NCBI GenBank assembly: GCA_050013255.1
Contig: JBEKFP010000002.1
Span: forward strand, 480,001-544,000
Origin: Candidatus Bathyarchaeia archaeon
Lineage (GTDB): Archaea > Thermoproteota > Bathyarchaeia > 40CM-2-53-6
Direction: 5' to 3'
DNA: 64,000 nt
The notes under the pieces were generated by a model. It ran no database searches. It worked only from the letters and a program-made list of their open reading frames with translations, and was not told the DNA's origin. Positions 56,489-64,000 of the stretch are shown piece by piece. The first letter of the stretch is position 1, and the number at the start of each line of letters is the position of its first letter. A program made the translations under genes and the position numbers.

Positions 56489-57184
56489 TTAGCGCATGTT
56501 TCGAGCTAACCAGGCCTCGAAGGAAGTGATGTGCTTAAACGAACTCGCGATAGGCGAAGCGATCAGCCCTGCTGGTATGGCTGCCACGAGAAGGTTCACA
56601 ATATTATACAGGGCCGTGAAGAGCAGCGTGTAACCCAAAACCATACCCTCGCTACCGAACTGCCACCCTGTCGACTTCTCCAAAGTTGCCTTTGCGAAGC
56701 CCAAGTAATCTACGCCAAAGAAAATTGGTCCAATGTATAGGAGGACCACATAGTTAACAACGGTCATCGCAGCTACACGCCATACAATACCACTTCCAAA
56801 CATCATAGAGATCGCGAGAGATGGATGAGCCATCTTTCCCTTTATTCGCCCGTAGATCGCACTGCCCAGCCACAAACCTCCGAGAGTTGACACGACGGCG
56901 ACGAACTTTATCGCAGGGCCTAGTGGCGCATCGCTACCGGTCACGTTTAGGAATATCCATTGAACAACCGAGGTGATCAGGGCCGCCAAGGGGCCGAATA
57001 GAAAGAAGGCAATATAGATTGGAATTTCGGAGAAGTCTATTTGGAGGTACGGGATTAACGGGAATGGTACCGAAGCCTTCGCGAGAGCCAAGATCGCTGC
57101 GAGTGCTGCGAAGACTGCTGCCCCTGCGAGAGTAACGGTTACTTTCTGTGCTGCCGTGCGCTCTGCCAAAGTTGTTCGGGCCAC
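56489..57184 (-). CDS. ECF transporter substrate-binding S component
   Basis: PFPLIPYLQIDFSEIP...FGP; six TM helices. Confidence 0.85.
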   Translation of the reverse strand: MARTTLAERTAAQKVTVTLAGAAVFAALAAILALAKASVPFPLIPYLQIDFSEIPIYIAFFLFGPLAALITSVVQWIFLNVTGSDAPLGPAIKFVAVVSTLGGLWLGSAIYGRIKGKMAHPSLAISMMFGSGIVWRVAAMTVVNYVVLLYIGPIFFGVDYLGFAKATLEKSTGWQFGSEGMVLGYTLLFTALYNIVNLLVAAIPAGLIASPIASSFKHITSFEAWLARNMR

Positions 57185-57260
57185 ACTCCGAACCTACTTA
57201 TAATAGAGTTTCTACCAGTTTACGAGTAGGCAAAACTCAAAGGAATTGTGCTTCGCGGAC

Positions 57261-59084
57261 TTAGTGCACGGTAACTGATTTTGCCAAGTTTCTAGGAAAG
57301 TCTGGGTCGTAGCCTTTCCGAACAGACATGTAATACGCGAACAGTTGGAGTGGTATGATGTATACGATTGGTGTGAGAAGTGAAGGGATGCCCGGCGGAA
57401 GAATGATCTTCTCATCAGAGAGGCTTGTTATTTCCCCGTCCTGTTCGTCGACTACGCTGATAATATGCGCGCCTCGCGCTTTCATTTCCATAACGTTGCC
57501 GATAACCTTCGAATAGACTTCATCCTTCGGGGCAACGAAGATGACTGGGTAGCCTTCCTCGACGACTGAGATGAAACCGTGTTTCGATTCTCCTGCAGGA
57601 TAGGCGATCGCCGGAAGATAGGACAATTCAAGTAGTTTCAACCGTCCCTCGAGGGCGGTTGCGACGCTCATCCCCCTGCCGAGAAAACAGAAACTCCTTC
57701 TGTCTGAATACTTCTCTACGATGGACTTGACATGTTCCTGCTGAGTGGATAGGAAAGTGGAGATCCACTCGGGCAACTGGTCAAAACCACTCTCCAAGGA
57801 CTCTAGCTCGCTCTTGCGAATCACTTCGCGTTTCTTGGCCAAGGCCACGGCCAGTTTTAGAAGGAGCGAAACCTGAGCTGTGAAGGTCTTTGTCGCTGCC
57901 ACGCCCATTTCGGGTCCTGAATTCTGACCTATGTAAACATCTGATAGCCTAGTGAGCGTGGAATCCATTACGTTGCTAATTCCTAGGATTGTTGCGCCTC
58001 TATCCTTTGCGCCCCTCACAGCACTAAGCGTGTCCGCAGTCTCACCAGACTGGCTAACCGCAACAACAACCGTCTCCGCGTCAATCAACGCGCCGTACCC
58101 GTCTATGAATTCAGAAGCAATTACCGGCGTTACAGCAACCTTAGCCAGATTCGAAAAAGCGTATGCCGCGGCTAGGCACGCATGGTGTGAGGTCCCACAT
58201 GCTAGCAGGAAAACTCTTTTCGCATGATTGATTGCCGAAGCCATCAATTCAAGGTAGATTGGATGTGTTCTGAGAGCGTTGCGGACGCTGAGCGGCTGTT
58301 CATGAATTTCCTTGAGCATAAAATGTGGGTAGCCAGTCTTGATGGCTGTTTCCACACTCCAATCGACCTTGAAAGATTCTCTGATTACTTCCTCGCCTGA
58401 GTCTACCATGTACAACCTCACTCGATCGGCCGTTAACACAGCCATCTCGTTGTCCTCAAGAAGGACAGCCTGCTTAGTTCTTGAGAGAAATGCAGGGATA
58501 TCCGAAGCACAGTAGTTTCCGTCTGTTCCGGCACCAACGACCAGCGGGCTTTCCCTTCTTACTCCGATTACTTTGTCAGGTTCGAGGGAGCAAATGAATG
58601 CGAGAGCGTACGCGCCTGTCAGCCTGTTGGCAGCCAGACGAACGGCTTCGACAAAACCAACTCCCGATTTCAGAATATCTTCGACGAGGTGAGCAACAAC
58701 TTCTGTATCGGTTCTAGATTTGAATTGGTGGCCGGCTGCCTCCAGCTCTTGCCTCAGGGGCATGTAGTTCTCGATTATTCCATTGTGTACAACTGCCACC
58801 TGATTCTTGCAGTCAGTGTGGGGGTGGGCATTTTCCTGGGCCGGCCTTCCGTGTGTTGCCCAACGTGTGTGTCCAATCCCGATGACTCCGGTTAGATCAC
58901 TAATGTGGAGTTTGCTCTCAACCTCGTCAATCTTTCCTTTGTCTTTCTTAACAACGATTTTGCCGTCGTTAATTACGGCCTCACCGACAGAATCATAGCC
59001 CCGGTACTCCAATCGCTTCAGAGAATCATATAGAACTGCCCCAACCTTGCCGTTTTTCAAAACACACGCTGCTATTCCACACAT
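57261..59084 (-). CDS. glmS: Glutamine--fructose-6-phosphate aminotransferase
   Basis: MCGI start, EYRGYDS, GHTRWATHG, PRNLAKSVTV. Confidence 0.98.
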   Translation of the reverse strand: MCGIAACVLKNGKVGAVLYDSLKRLEYRGYDSVGEAVINDGKIVVKKDKGKIDEVESKLHISDLTGVIGIGHTRWATHGRPAQENAHPHTDCKNQVAVVHNGIIENYMPLRQELEAAGHQFKSRTDTEVVAHLVEDILKSGVGFVEAVRLAANRLTGAYALAFICSLEPDKVIGVRRESPLVVGAGTDGNYCASDIPAFLSRTKQAVLLEDNEMAVLTADRVRLYMVDSGEEVIRESFKVDWSVETAIKTGYPHFMLKEIHEQPLSVRNALRTHPIYLELMASAINHAKRVFLLACGTSHHACLAAAYAFSNLAKVAVTPVIASEFIDGYGALIDAETVVVAVSQSGETADTLSAVRGAKDRGATILGISNVMDSTLTRLSDVYIGQNSGPEMGVAATKTFTAQVSLLLKLAVALAKKREVIRKSELESLESGFDQLPEWISTFLSTQQEHVKSIVEKYSDRRSFCFLGRGMSVATALEGRLKLLELSYLPAIAYPAGESKHGFISVVEEGYPVIFVAPKDEVYSKVIGNVMEMKARGAHIISVVDEQDGEITSLSDEKIILPPGIPSLLTPIVYIIPLQLFAYYMSVRKGYDPDFPRNLAKSVTVH

Positions 59085-59200
59085 GCACGCCACCTTTTGC
59101 GAGAGAATTCGGCGAGCTGTCCAGATTTGCGTGATAAGCATTCCTGTGGCTTGGATTTGATGAATTGAGGACGTTGAACTCATCCCACGCTAAGAATGCA
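59085..59200 (-). promoter_or_regulatory. Structured ~115-nt 5' leader of glmS
   Basis: Nested stems GCAUUCUU/AGGAAUGC, GUGG/CCAC and GAUGAGUU/AAUUCAUC; TATTAAAG box at about 59221-59228. Confidence 0.5.
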
Positions 59201-59277
59201 CCCTGATTGGGCAAATATTGCTTTAATAGTCAAAACGCGCCTTTATTAATCGTGCAACAAAACGGAGCTTCACAGCC

Positions 59278-60222
59278 ATGTCATACCTGATCCTGAAAGA
59301 ACGACGTTCAGATCAACTCGTACCCACACGTGTCTTCTCAGACCCGAAGTTAGCACAGTCAGTCCTCCAGCCCACACGCTGGAGAATTCTAACCGAGCTT
59401 GCAGGAAAAGAGAAATGTGCGAAAGACCTCGCACAGGAATTCAACACAAGCGAGCAAGTAATCTGCTACCACCTAAGAGAGCTTGAGCGAACCGGATTCA
59501 TTCGCTTAGAGAGAACGATGAAGAAAAGAGGCGCAATGGCGAAGTACTACAAAGCCGAGCAAAAGGCAATCACTATCATTCCCAAACTAGTCGCCACCGC
59601 GAATGGCAATCAGGGCCTGCCTGAACAAACCCTCACAGAAGCATCCTCCAAACTTCTTGACCCCTTCATATCCTCAGGCCACTTGAATGGGCACATTGTC
59701 CTTGGCAGCCCAGATACACATGGAGTTTTCCGAGGCCGCGCAAGGTGTGGTGACAGAGCCACAGACCTCGCCTTATTTCTAGGGTCATTGCTGCCGCTTA
59801 CTAGGGAGAACATAGTACGTTTGGATACTGAGATTTCACAGGAGGAAATGCTCCGGAACCTCATCACAGTCGGTGGCCCAAAGGTGAACACGGTCACAAT
59901 GGCCGTGAATGAATTCCTTCCAATAACGTACGAGCTCACTGGCCATAACATTATGATTTCGCGAATCTCCGGCAGAAGTTACGCAGGAGAAGATGAAGGC
60001 GCAGTTCAATCAATCGTAAATCCCATGAATCGGGAAAAGCGCGTCATAGTTGTTGCTGGGAACACATATCAGGGCACGAGAGCGGCAGTACTCGCGTTCA
60101 TCAAGTACACAGATGAAATCGCTAAGGGCAACTCAATGAACCAGAACGTTGTCGCTCGGGTTGTCAGCGGATTGGATGTTAACAGTGATGGGCTGATTGA
60201 CGATGTGGAATTCCTAGAATGA
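59278..60222 (+). CDS. ArsR-type HTH regulator with C-terminal alpha/beta domain
   Basis: PTRWRIL...YHLRELERTG; NLITVGGPKVN, VVAG...GTRAAV. Confidence 0.85.
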   Translation: MSYLILKERRSDQLVPTRVFSDPKLAQSVLQPTRWRILTELAGKEKCAKDLAQEFNTSEQVICYHLRELERTGFIRLERTMKKRGAMAKYYKAEQKAITIIPKLVATANGNQGLPEQTLTEASSKLLDPFISSGHLNGHIVLGSPDTHGVFRGRARCGDRATDLALFLGSLLPLTRENIVRLDTEISQEEMLRNLITVGGPKVNTVTMAVNEFLPITYELTGHNIMISRISGRSYAGEDEGAVQSIVNPMNREKRVIVVAGNTYQGTRAAVLAFIKYTDEIAKGNSMNQNVVARVVSGLDVNSDGLIDDVEFLE

Positions 60223-60230
60223 TTAACGAC

Positions 60231-62138
60231 CTATTTTCCAACCGCTTTGGCCAATCTTTTCTTTAGCGTCTCAGTAACCTGTTTGGGCTCGATGGAGCCT
60301 CTTACCTCCGACATAACCGACCCCATTAGCGATGAGAAGGCGCCCTCGCCTCTCTCGTCGATGAGTTTCTTGTTCTTCTCTATGTGACGGTCGATAATCT
60401 GTTCAAGCTCACGCTCACTGAGCATTCTCAGGCCGAGCTTCTTGACTCCGTCGACAGGGTCTTCGGCTAGGTTGGCTGCCTGCCATTTCAACAGGTCCAC
60501 CACAGCTTCCTTTGCGACCGCTCCTTCGTCCACTAATCGGAAGATACGTTGGATTTTGTTGTCTGGGACGGAGTGGATTGGTACGCCTTCACGTTCTAGG
60601 CTCTTGCAGGTCTCAGTGAGTACGGTGGCGATGAATGTGGGCGGCACCTTACTGGCGGCCGCAATCTGCTCAAACAATGCAAGATAATCTGAGTCGACCA
60701 GTTGTTTTGACAGTTTTTGGTTCAGTGAGTATTGGTCGACAAGTCGTTTGGTTAGTTTCTCAGGGGTTTCAGGGAGGTTTGCCTTCAACGTATTGACGAA
60801 TTCCTGCGTGATGGGTGTTTGCGGCACATCGGTTTCGGGATACATTCTGGCGGCGCCGGGCCTTGGCCGCATGTACCTCGTAGTTCCGTCGGGCATCGCT
60901 GTTCGCGTTTCTTCGGGCACACCAGAAATGGCTTCAACGGCCCGATCAACGACGGCGTCCAAAGCATCATTTGCTTTACCTTTCTCGTCAGCGACTAGGA
61001 CGAAAGCATCGTCGCCTGCGACACCCAACCGGTCCTTCACATAGTGCACCTCCTCTTCCGTGACACCGTAACCCGGAAGTTCATCAGAGTGAAATATCCC
61101 GCCAACACTTGCCCAGAATGAAGCGCGGTTGGACAGCTCCGTTCCAAGCCGCAACCCAGGCGCAAGCTCCTTTCCCAAGAGCCCCCTGAATTTAGGAAGC
61201 TTAAGCGCAAACACCACGCCGCCTTTCGAGATTGCTTCCTTAATTATCCGAGCTTTTGAGGCCGCAAAAGCACTGGTTACATCGTAATACTTCCTTTCAA
61301 TCGACTCGGGTTTCGTCCCTCTCTTTGAAAGTTCGCCCCTTATCTCAAGTAGCGTCAGCTGCCGGTTGACTTCTGTTTCAACCGCTTTGCTGAGGATATC
61401 AAGTTCCTGAACGCCCTTGATCTCCATGAGGGCCCCCCCAGGAGTTGAGATGTTCAAGTCTTGCCGAATACTTCCCAAACCCCTCTTTACCTTTCTCGTC
61501 GCCCTCAGAATGGTGCCTATGGCGTATGCGACCTTCTCGACTTCAGCCGCAGAATCCATTACGGGCGCGGTCGTTACCTCTATCAAAGGCACACCGAGCC
61601 GGTCTATCCTATACCCGACTGTTTCGCTCGATTGACCGGTTTTACGTGCCGCATCCTCTTCTAGCGAAATCTGCTGGATCGGAATTTCCTTCCCGTCAAC
61701 CTTGAGCGCTCCGTTCAGCGCGACGACGCAAGTGCGTTGAAACCCCGTCGTATTAGAACCATCAATGACGACCTTGCGCATCACGTGAATTTCATCGACC
61801 GGTTTAGCGTTCATCAACAAGGCTGCGGTCAAACATACTTCAATAGCTTCCCCGTTGAGTTTTCCAGGTGGCTCCTCATCCATCTCGACGAGGCATGAGG
61901 TTTCATCGTCTTCTTCGTAGATTACGCTTCTGCCGCGGTGGAATTCGAACAATGCCGCCTGGTCGACTTGACCCAACTCGCTTTGCGTCGGCCTAAGCCT
62001 ACGCATGAACTTCTCCTCAGGTTCCGACTCAGCAAAATCGGTTGGGCAGCCGCAGAACAATTTGTGCTCCGTGTCGAGCTGCCTGTGGATTTCCAGCCCG
62101 ACCTTAATTCTAGGTTGGACCTTTGATTCAGCACTCAT
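60231..62138 (-). CDS. gatE: Glu-tRNA(Gln) amidotransferase subunit E
   Basis: VGLEIHRQL, DGSNTTGFQRT, PGAARMYPETD. Confidence 0.97.
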   Translation of the reverse strand: MSAESKVQPRIKVGLEIHRQLDTEHKLFCGCPTDFAESEPEEKFMRRLRPTQSELGQVDQAALFEFHRGRSVIYEEDDETSCLVEMDEEPPGKLNGEAIEVCLTAALLMNAKPVDEIHVMRKVVIDGSNTTGFQRTCVVALNGALKVDGKEIPIQQISLEEDAARKTGQSSETVGYRIDRLGVPLIEVTTAPVMDSAAEVEKVAYAIGTILRATRKVKRGLGSIRQDLNISTPGGALMEIKGVQELDILSKAVETEVNRQLTLLEIRGELSKRGTKPESIERKYYDVTSAFAASKARIIKEAISKGGVVFALKLPKFRGLLGKELAPGLRLGTELSNRASFWASVGGIFHSDELPGYGVTEEEVHYVKDRLGVAGDDAFVLVADEKGKANDALDAVVDRAVEAISGVPEETRTAMPDGTTRYMRPRPGAARMYPETDVPQTPITQEFVNTLKANLPETPEKLTKRLVDQYSLNQKLSKQLVDSDYLALFEQIAAASKVPPTFIATVLTETCKSLEREGVPIHSVPDNKIQRIFRLVDEGAVAKEAVVDLLKWQAANLAEDPVDGVKKLGLRMLSERELEQIIDRHIEKNKKLIDERGEGAFSSLMGSVMSEVRGSIEPKQVTETLKKRLAKAVGK

Positions 62139-63496
62139 TCTACTGCGGCCCCAAGCCATCGCCTATCCGAGAGTTCATTCGCAATATTCGTGACCATCAA
62201 CTTGCTAACCTTCTCGGGATCCTTCTCTTGGCCGAAAGCCCACATCATCTTCACGAGCGCAGTTTCAGCAAGCATGTCACCTAGAGGTAATACTCCAATC
62301 TTTAGCAGGTCCCGTCCTGTGGAGTAGACGTTCATGTGCACCCGTCCCCAGATGCACTGAGAGCACATGCCGACAACGATTCCATTCTTTACTGCCCTTT
62401 CAAGGGCCGGAAACAGCACATCGCTAACATGGCCTAACCCCGTCCCTTCAAGAACAATGCCCTTGTAACCTGTGGCGGTCGCCCAGTCAATCATACCCAC
62501 TGAAAGCCCAGGGTGGAATTTTATGAGAGCAACGTTCGGGTCAAACTTGGAGCGGACCTCCCAATCTGAACGCCGGTTCCTTTCCACGTACTTCTCGCTG
62601 TTCAGTTGGAGGGCGCGATTTGCAAGGTCGTAGTATGCGATGGGGCGAGCGTTAACGCTCCTGAAGGCGTCTCTTCTGCTGGTGTGGCACTTTCGCACTT
62701 TTGTCCCCCTGTGGAAGGCGACCTTTTCATCCGAAACCCAATCATGCATAGCGACCACAACTTCCGCGAAAGGAGCCTGGCCCGCAACTGCAGTCGCCGC
62801 AATAAGGTTGGTCGCTGCGTCCGAGCTGGGTCGATCAGACGAACGTTGCGATCCTACTAACACGATTGGCGCCGGTATGCCTTGCAAAGCGAAGCTGAGT
62901 GCAGCCGCCGTATAGCCCAGAGTGTCAGTTCCGTGCGCTATCACCACTCCATCTGCCCCTGCACGAACTTGCTCTGCCGCCGACTCCGCAATCTTGGGCC
63001 ATTGTTGCGGCCCTATGTTCTCGCTGAAGACGCTCAGGAGGACTTTCGCGTCAATCTTGGCAAGGTCAGCTAACTCAGGGACTACGCTGTACAAGTCTTC
63101 TGAATCGAGCGCGGGTTTAACGGCCCCAGTTCTATAATCGACTTTACTGGCGATCGTGCCCCCCGTGCTGATGATGGAGACTTTCGGTAGACCTGCTTTC
63201 TGGTGTGGGAGTGCGGGGCGGGTGAAATGGGGCGTTTCGCCCTTACCAAGAACGCTTACCTTTGTGGCGGCGTCTACTCGAACGCCCAGATTGTATCCAG
63301 TCTTCAATTTTACGACAATGTAATTTTCTTCACGGCCGAAGTGGTATCGCGGAATCAGAAGTCCCTCGACTACCTCCTGGCCTCCAATGCGTTTCAGCTC
63401 GACCCTAACTTTATCCCCAATCTGTGCTCCCGCTTTGGCCAGTATATCGCGTGAGATACCGGAGTATCCGGGCAAATCTTCTTGGGACAAAGCCAT
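62135..63496 (-). CDS. gatD: Glu-tRNA(Gln) amidotransferase subunit D
   Basis: TGGTIASKVDYRTG, HGTDT, QRSSDRPSSD. Confidence 0.97.
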   Translation of the reverse strand: MALSQEDLPGYSGISRDILAKAGAQIGDKVRVELKRIGGQEVVEGLLIPRYHFGREENYIVVKLKTGYNLGVRVDAATKVSVLGKGETPHFTRPALPHQKAGLPKVSIISTGGTIASKVDYRTGAVKPALDSEDLYSVVPELADLAKIDAKVLLSVFSENIGPQQWPKIAESAAEQVRAGADGVVIAHGTDTLGYTAAALSFALQGIPAPIVLVGSQRSSDRPSSDAATNLIAATAVAGQAPFAEVVVAMHDWVSDEKVAFHRGTKVRKCHTSRRDAFRSVNARPIAYYDLANRALQLNSEKYVERNRRSDWEVRSKFDPNVALIKFHPGLSVGMIDWATATGYKGIVLEGTGLGHVSDVLFPALERAVKNGIVVGMCSQCIWGRVHMNVYSTGRDLLKIGVLPLGDMLAETALVKMMWAFGQEKDPEKVSKLMVTNIANELSDRRWLGAAVE

Positions 63497-63562
63497 CTCA
63501 GCCCAATCTTTGGAAAAAGAAAGCTGGGACCCTTAAGACGTTAGCTATGCCAGCTCGTTTGG

Positions 63563-64000
63563 TCAGTTCAGCATCTTTCCCATGTAGGGACCGACATAAT
63601 CGTAGCCGGCACGCCTGTAGTAGCCCTTCGTCCCGAGCGCGCTTAGGACAAGAATCCTGGCCGCCCCGCGTTCCTCTGCCAGTGACTCGGCTTCAGATAG
63701 GAGTTTGCGGCCTAAGCCTGTGTGCTGCCAGGCACCCGCGTACCTTAAGCCGACTGGCACCTCTTGGCCGTAAACGTGTAATTCTCGGATGATGGCGCTG
63801 GCTGAGTCAACCTCAGGCCTCTGTGCTTTCTCGGATGGAATTCTCAGACGTAAATAGCCTATCAAAACGTCTGCTTCAGGTTCTTCTAAGGCGATGAAGA
63901 TTTCCTTCCCCTCCGACGCCTCGAATTCTTGTGTGGTCAGGCGAATTTGGCTGGGTTGAACGGTAACGTTGTCCTTCAATGCTTTGTGCCCTACCTCGCG
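63563..64000 (-). CDS. elp3: Elp3 tRNA uridine(34) acetyltransferase, C-terminal part (truncated by window)
   Basis: IGYLRLR, IRELHVYG, WQHTGLG, GPYMGK. Confidence 0.92.
   Translation of the reverse strand, partial: REVGHKALKDNVTVQPSQIRLTTQEFEASEGKEIFIALEEPEADVLIGYLRLRIPSEKAQRPEVDSASAIIRELHVYGQEVPVGLRYAGAWQHTGLGRKLLSEAESLAEERGAARILVLSALGTKGYYRRAGYDYVGPYMGKMLN

Overview
Archaeal chromosomal segment of about 50% GC, densely coding, with many TTG/GTG starts. Gene content points to a TACK archaeon, most likely Bathyarchaeia (inference from archaeal ThrRS, Nop5/fibrillarin, TFE-beta, GatDE, Elp3, KaiC-like ATPases, a multi-PAS kinase and NitrOD5/V4R/MEDS domains). Most of the window is housekeeping: tRNA synthetases, RNA modification, DNA ligase, pyrG, purA, glmS, argF, gatD/E and a folate C1 cluster. 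Accessory parts are (i) a toxin-antitoxin-like left end holding a highly structured ~165-nt putative ncRNA between 23-bp direct repeats; (ii) three KaiC/RAD55-type ATPases; (iii) a stand-alone oversized NurA-like nuclease plus HerA pair; (iv) a partly decayed signal-transduction island at about 47-54.3 kb; and (v) a tandem duplicated RNA-like element with a clear K-turn upstream of purA. There are also structured 5' leaders on glmS and asnS, several microproteins missing from the ORF track, and a secreted protein with an N/Y/Q/C-rich tail. No rRNA, tRNA, CRISPR array or transposase was recognised. All product calls come from motif recognition by eye, not database searches.
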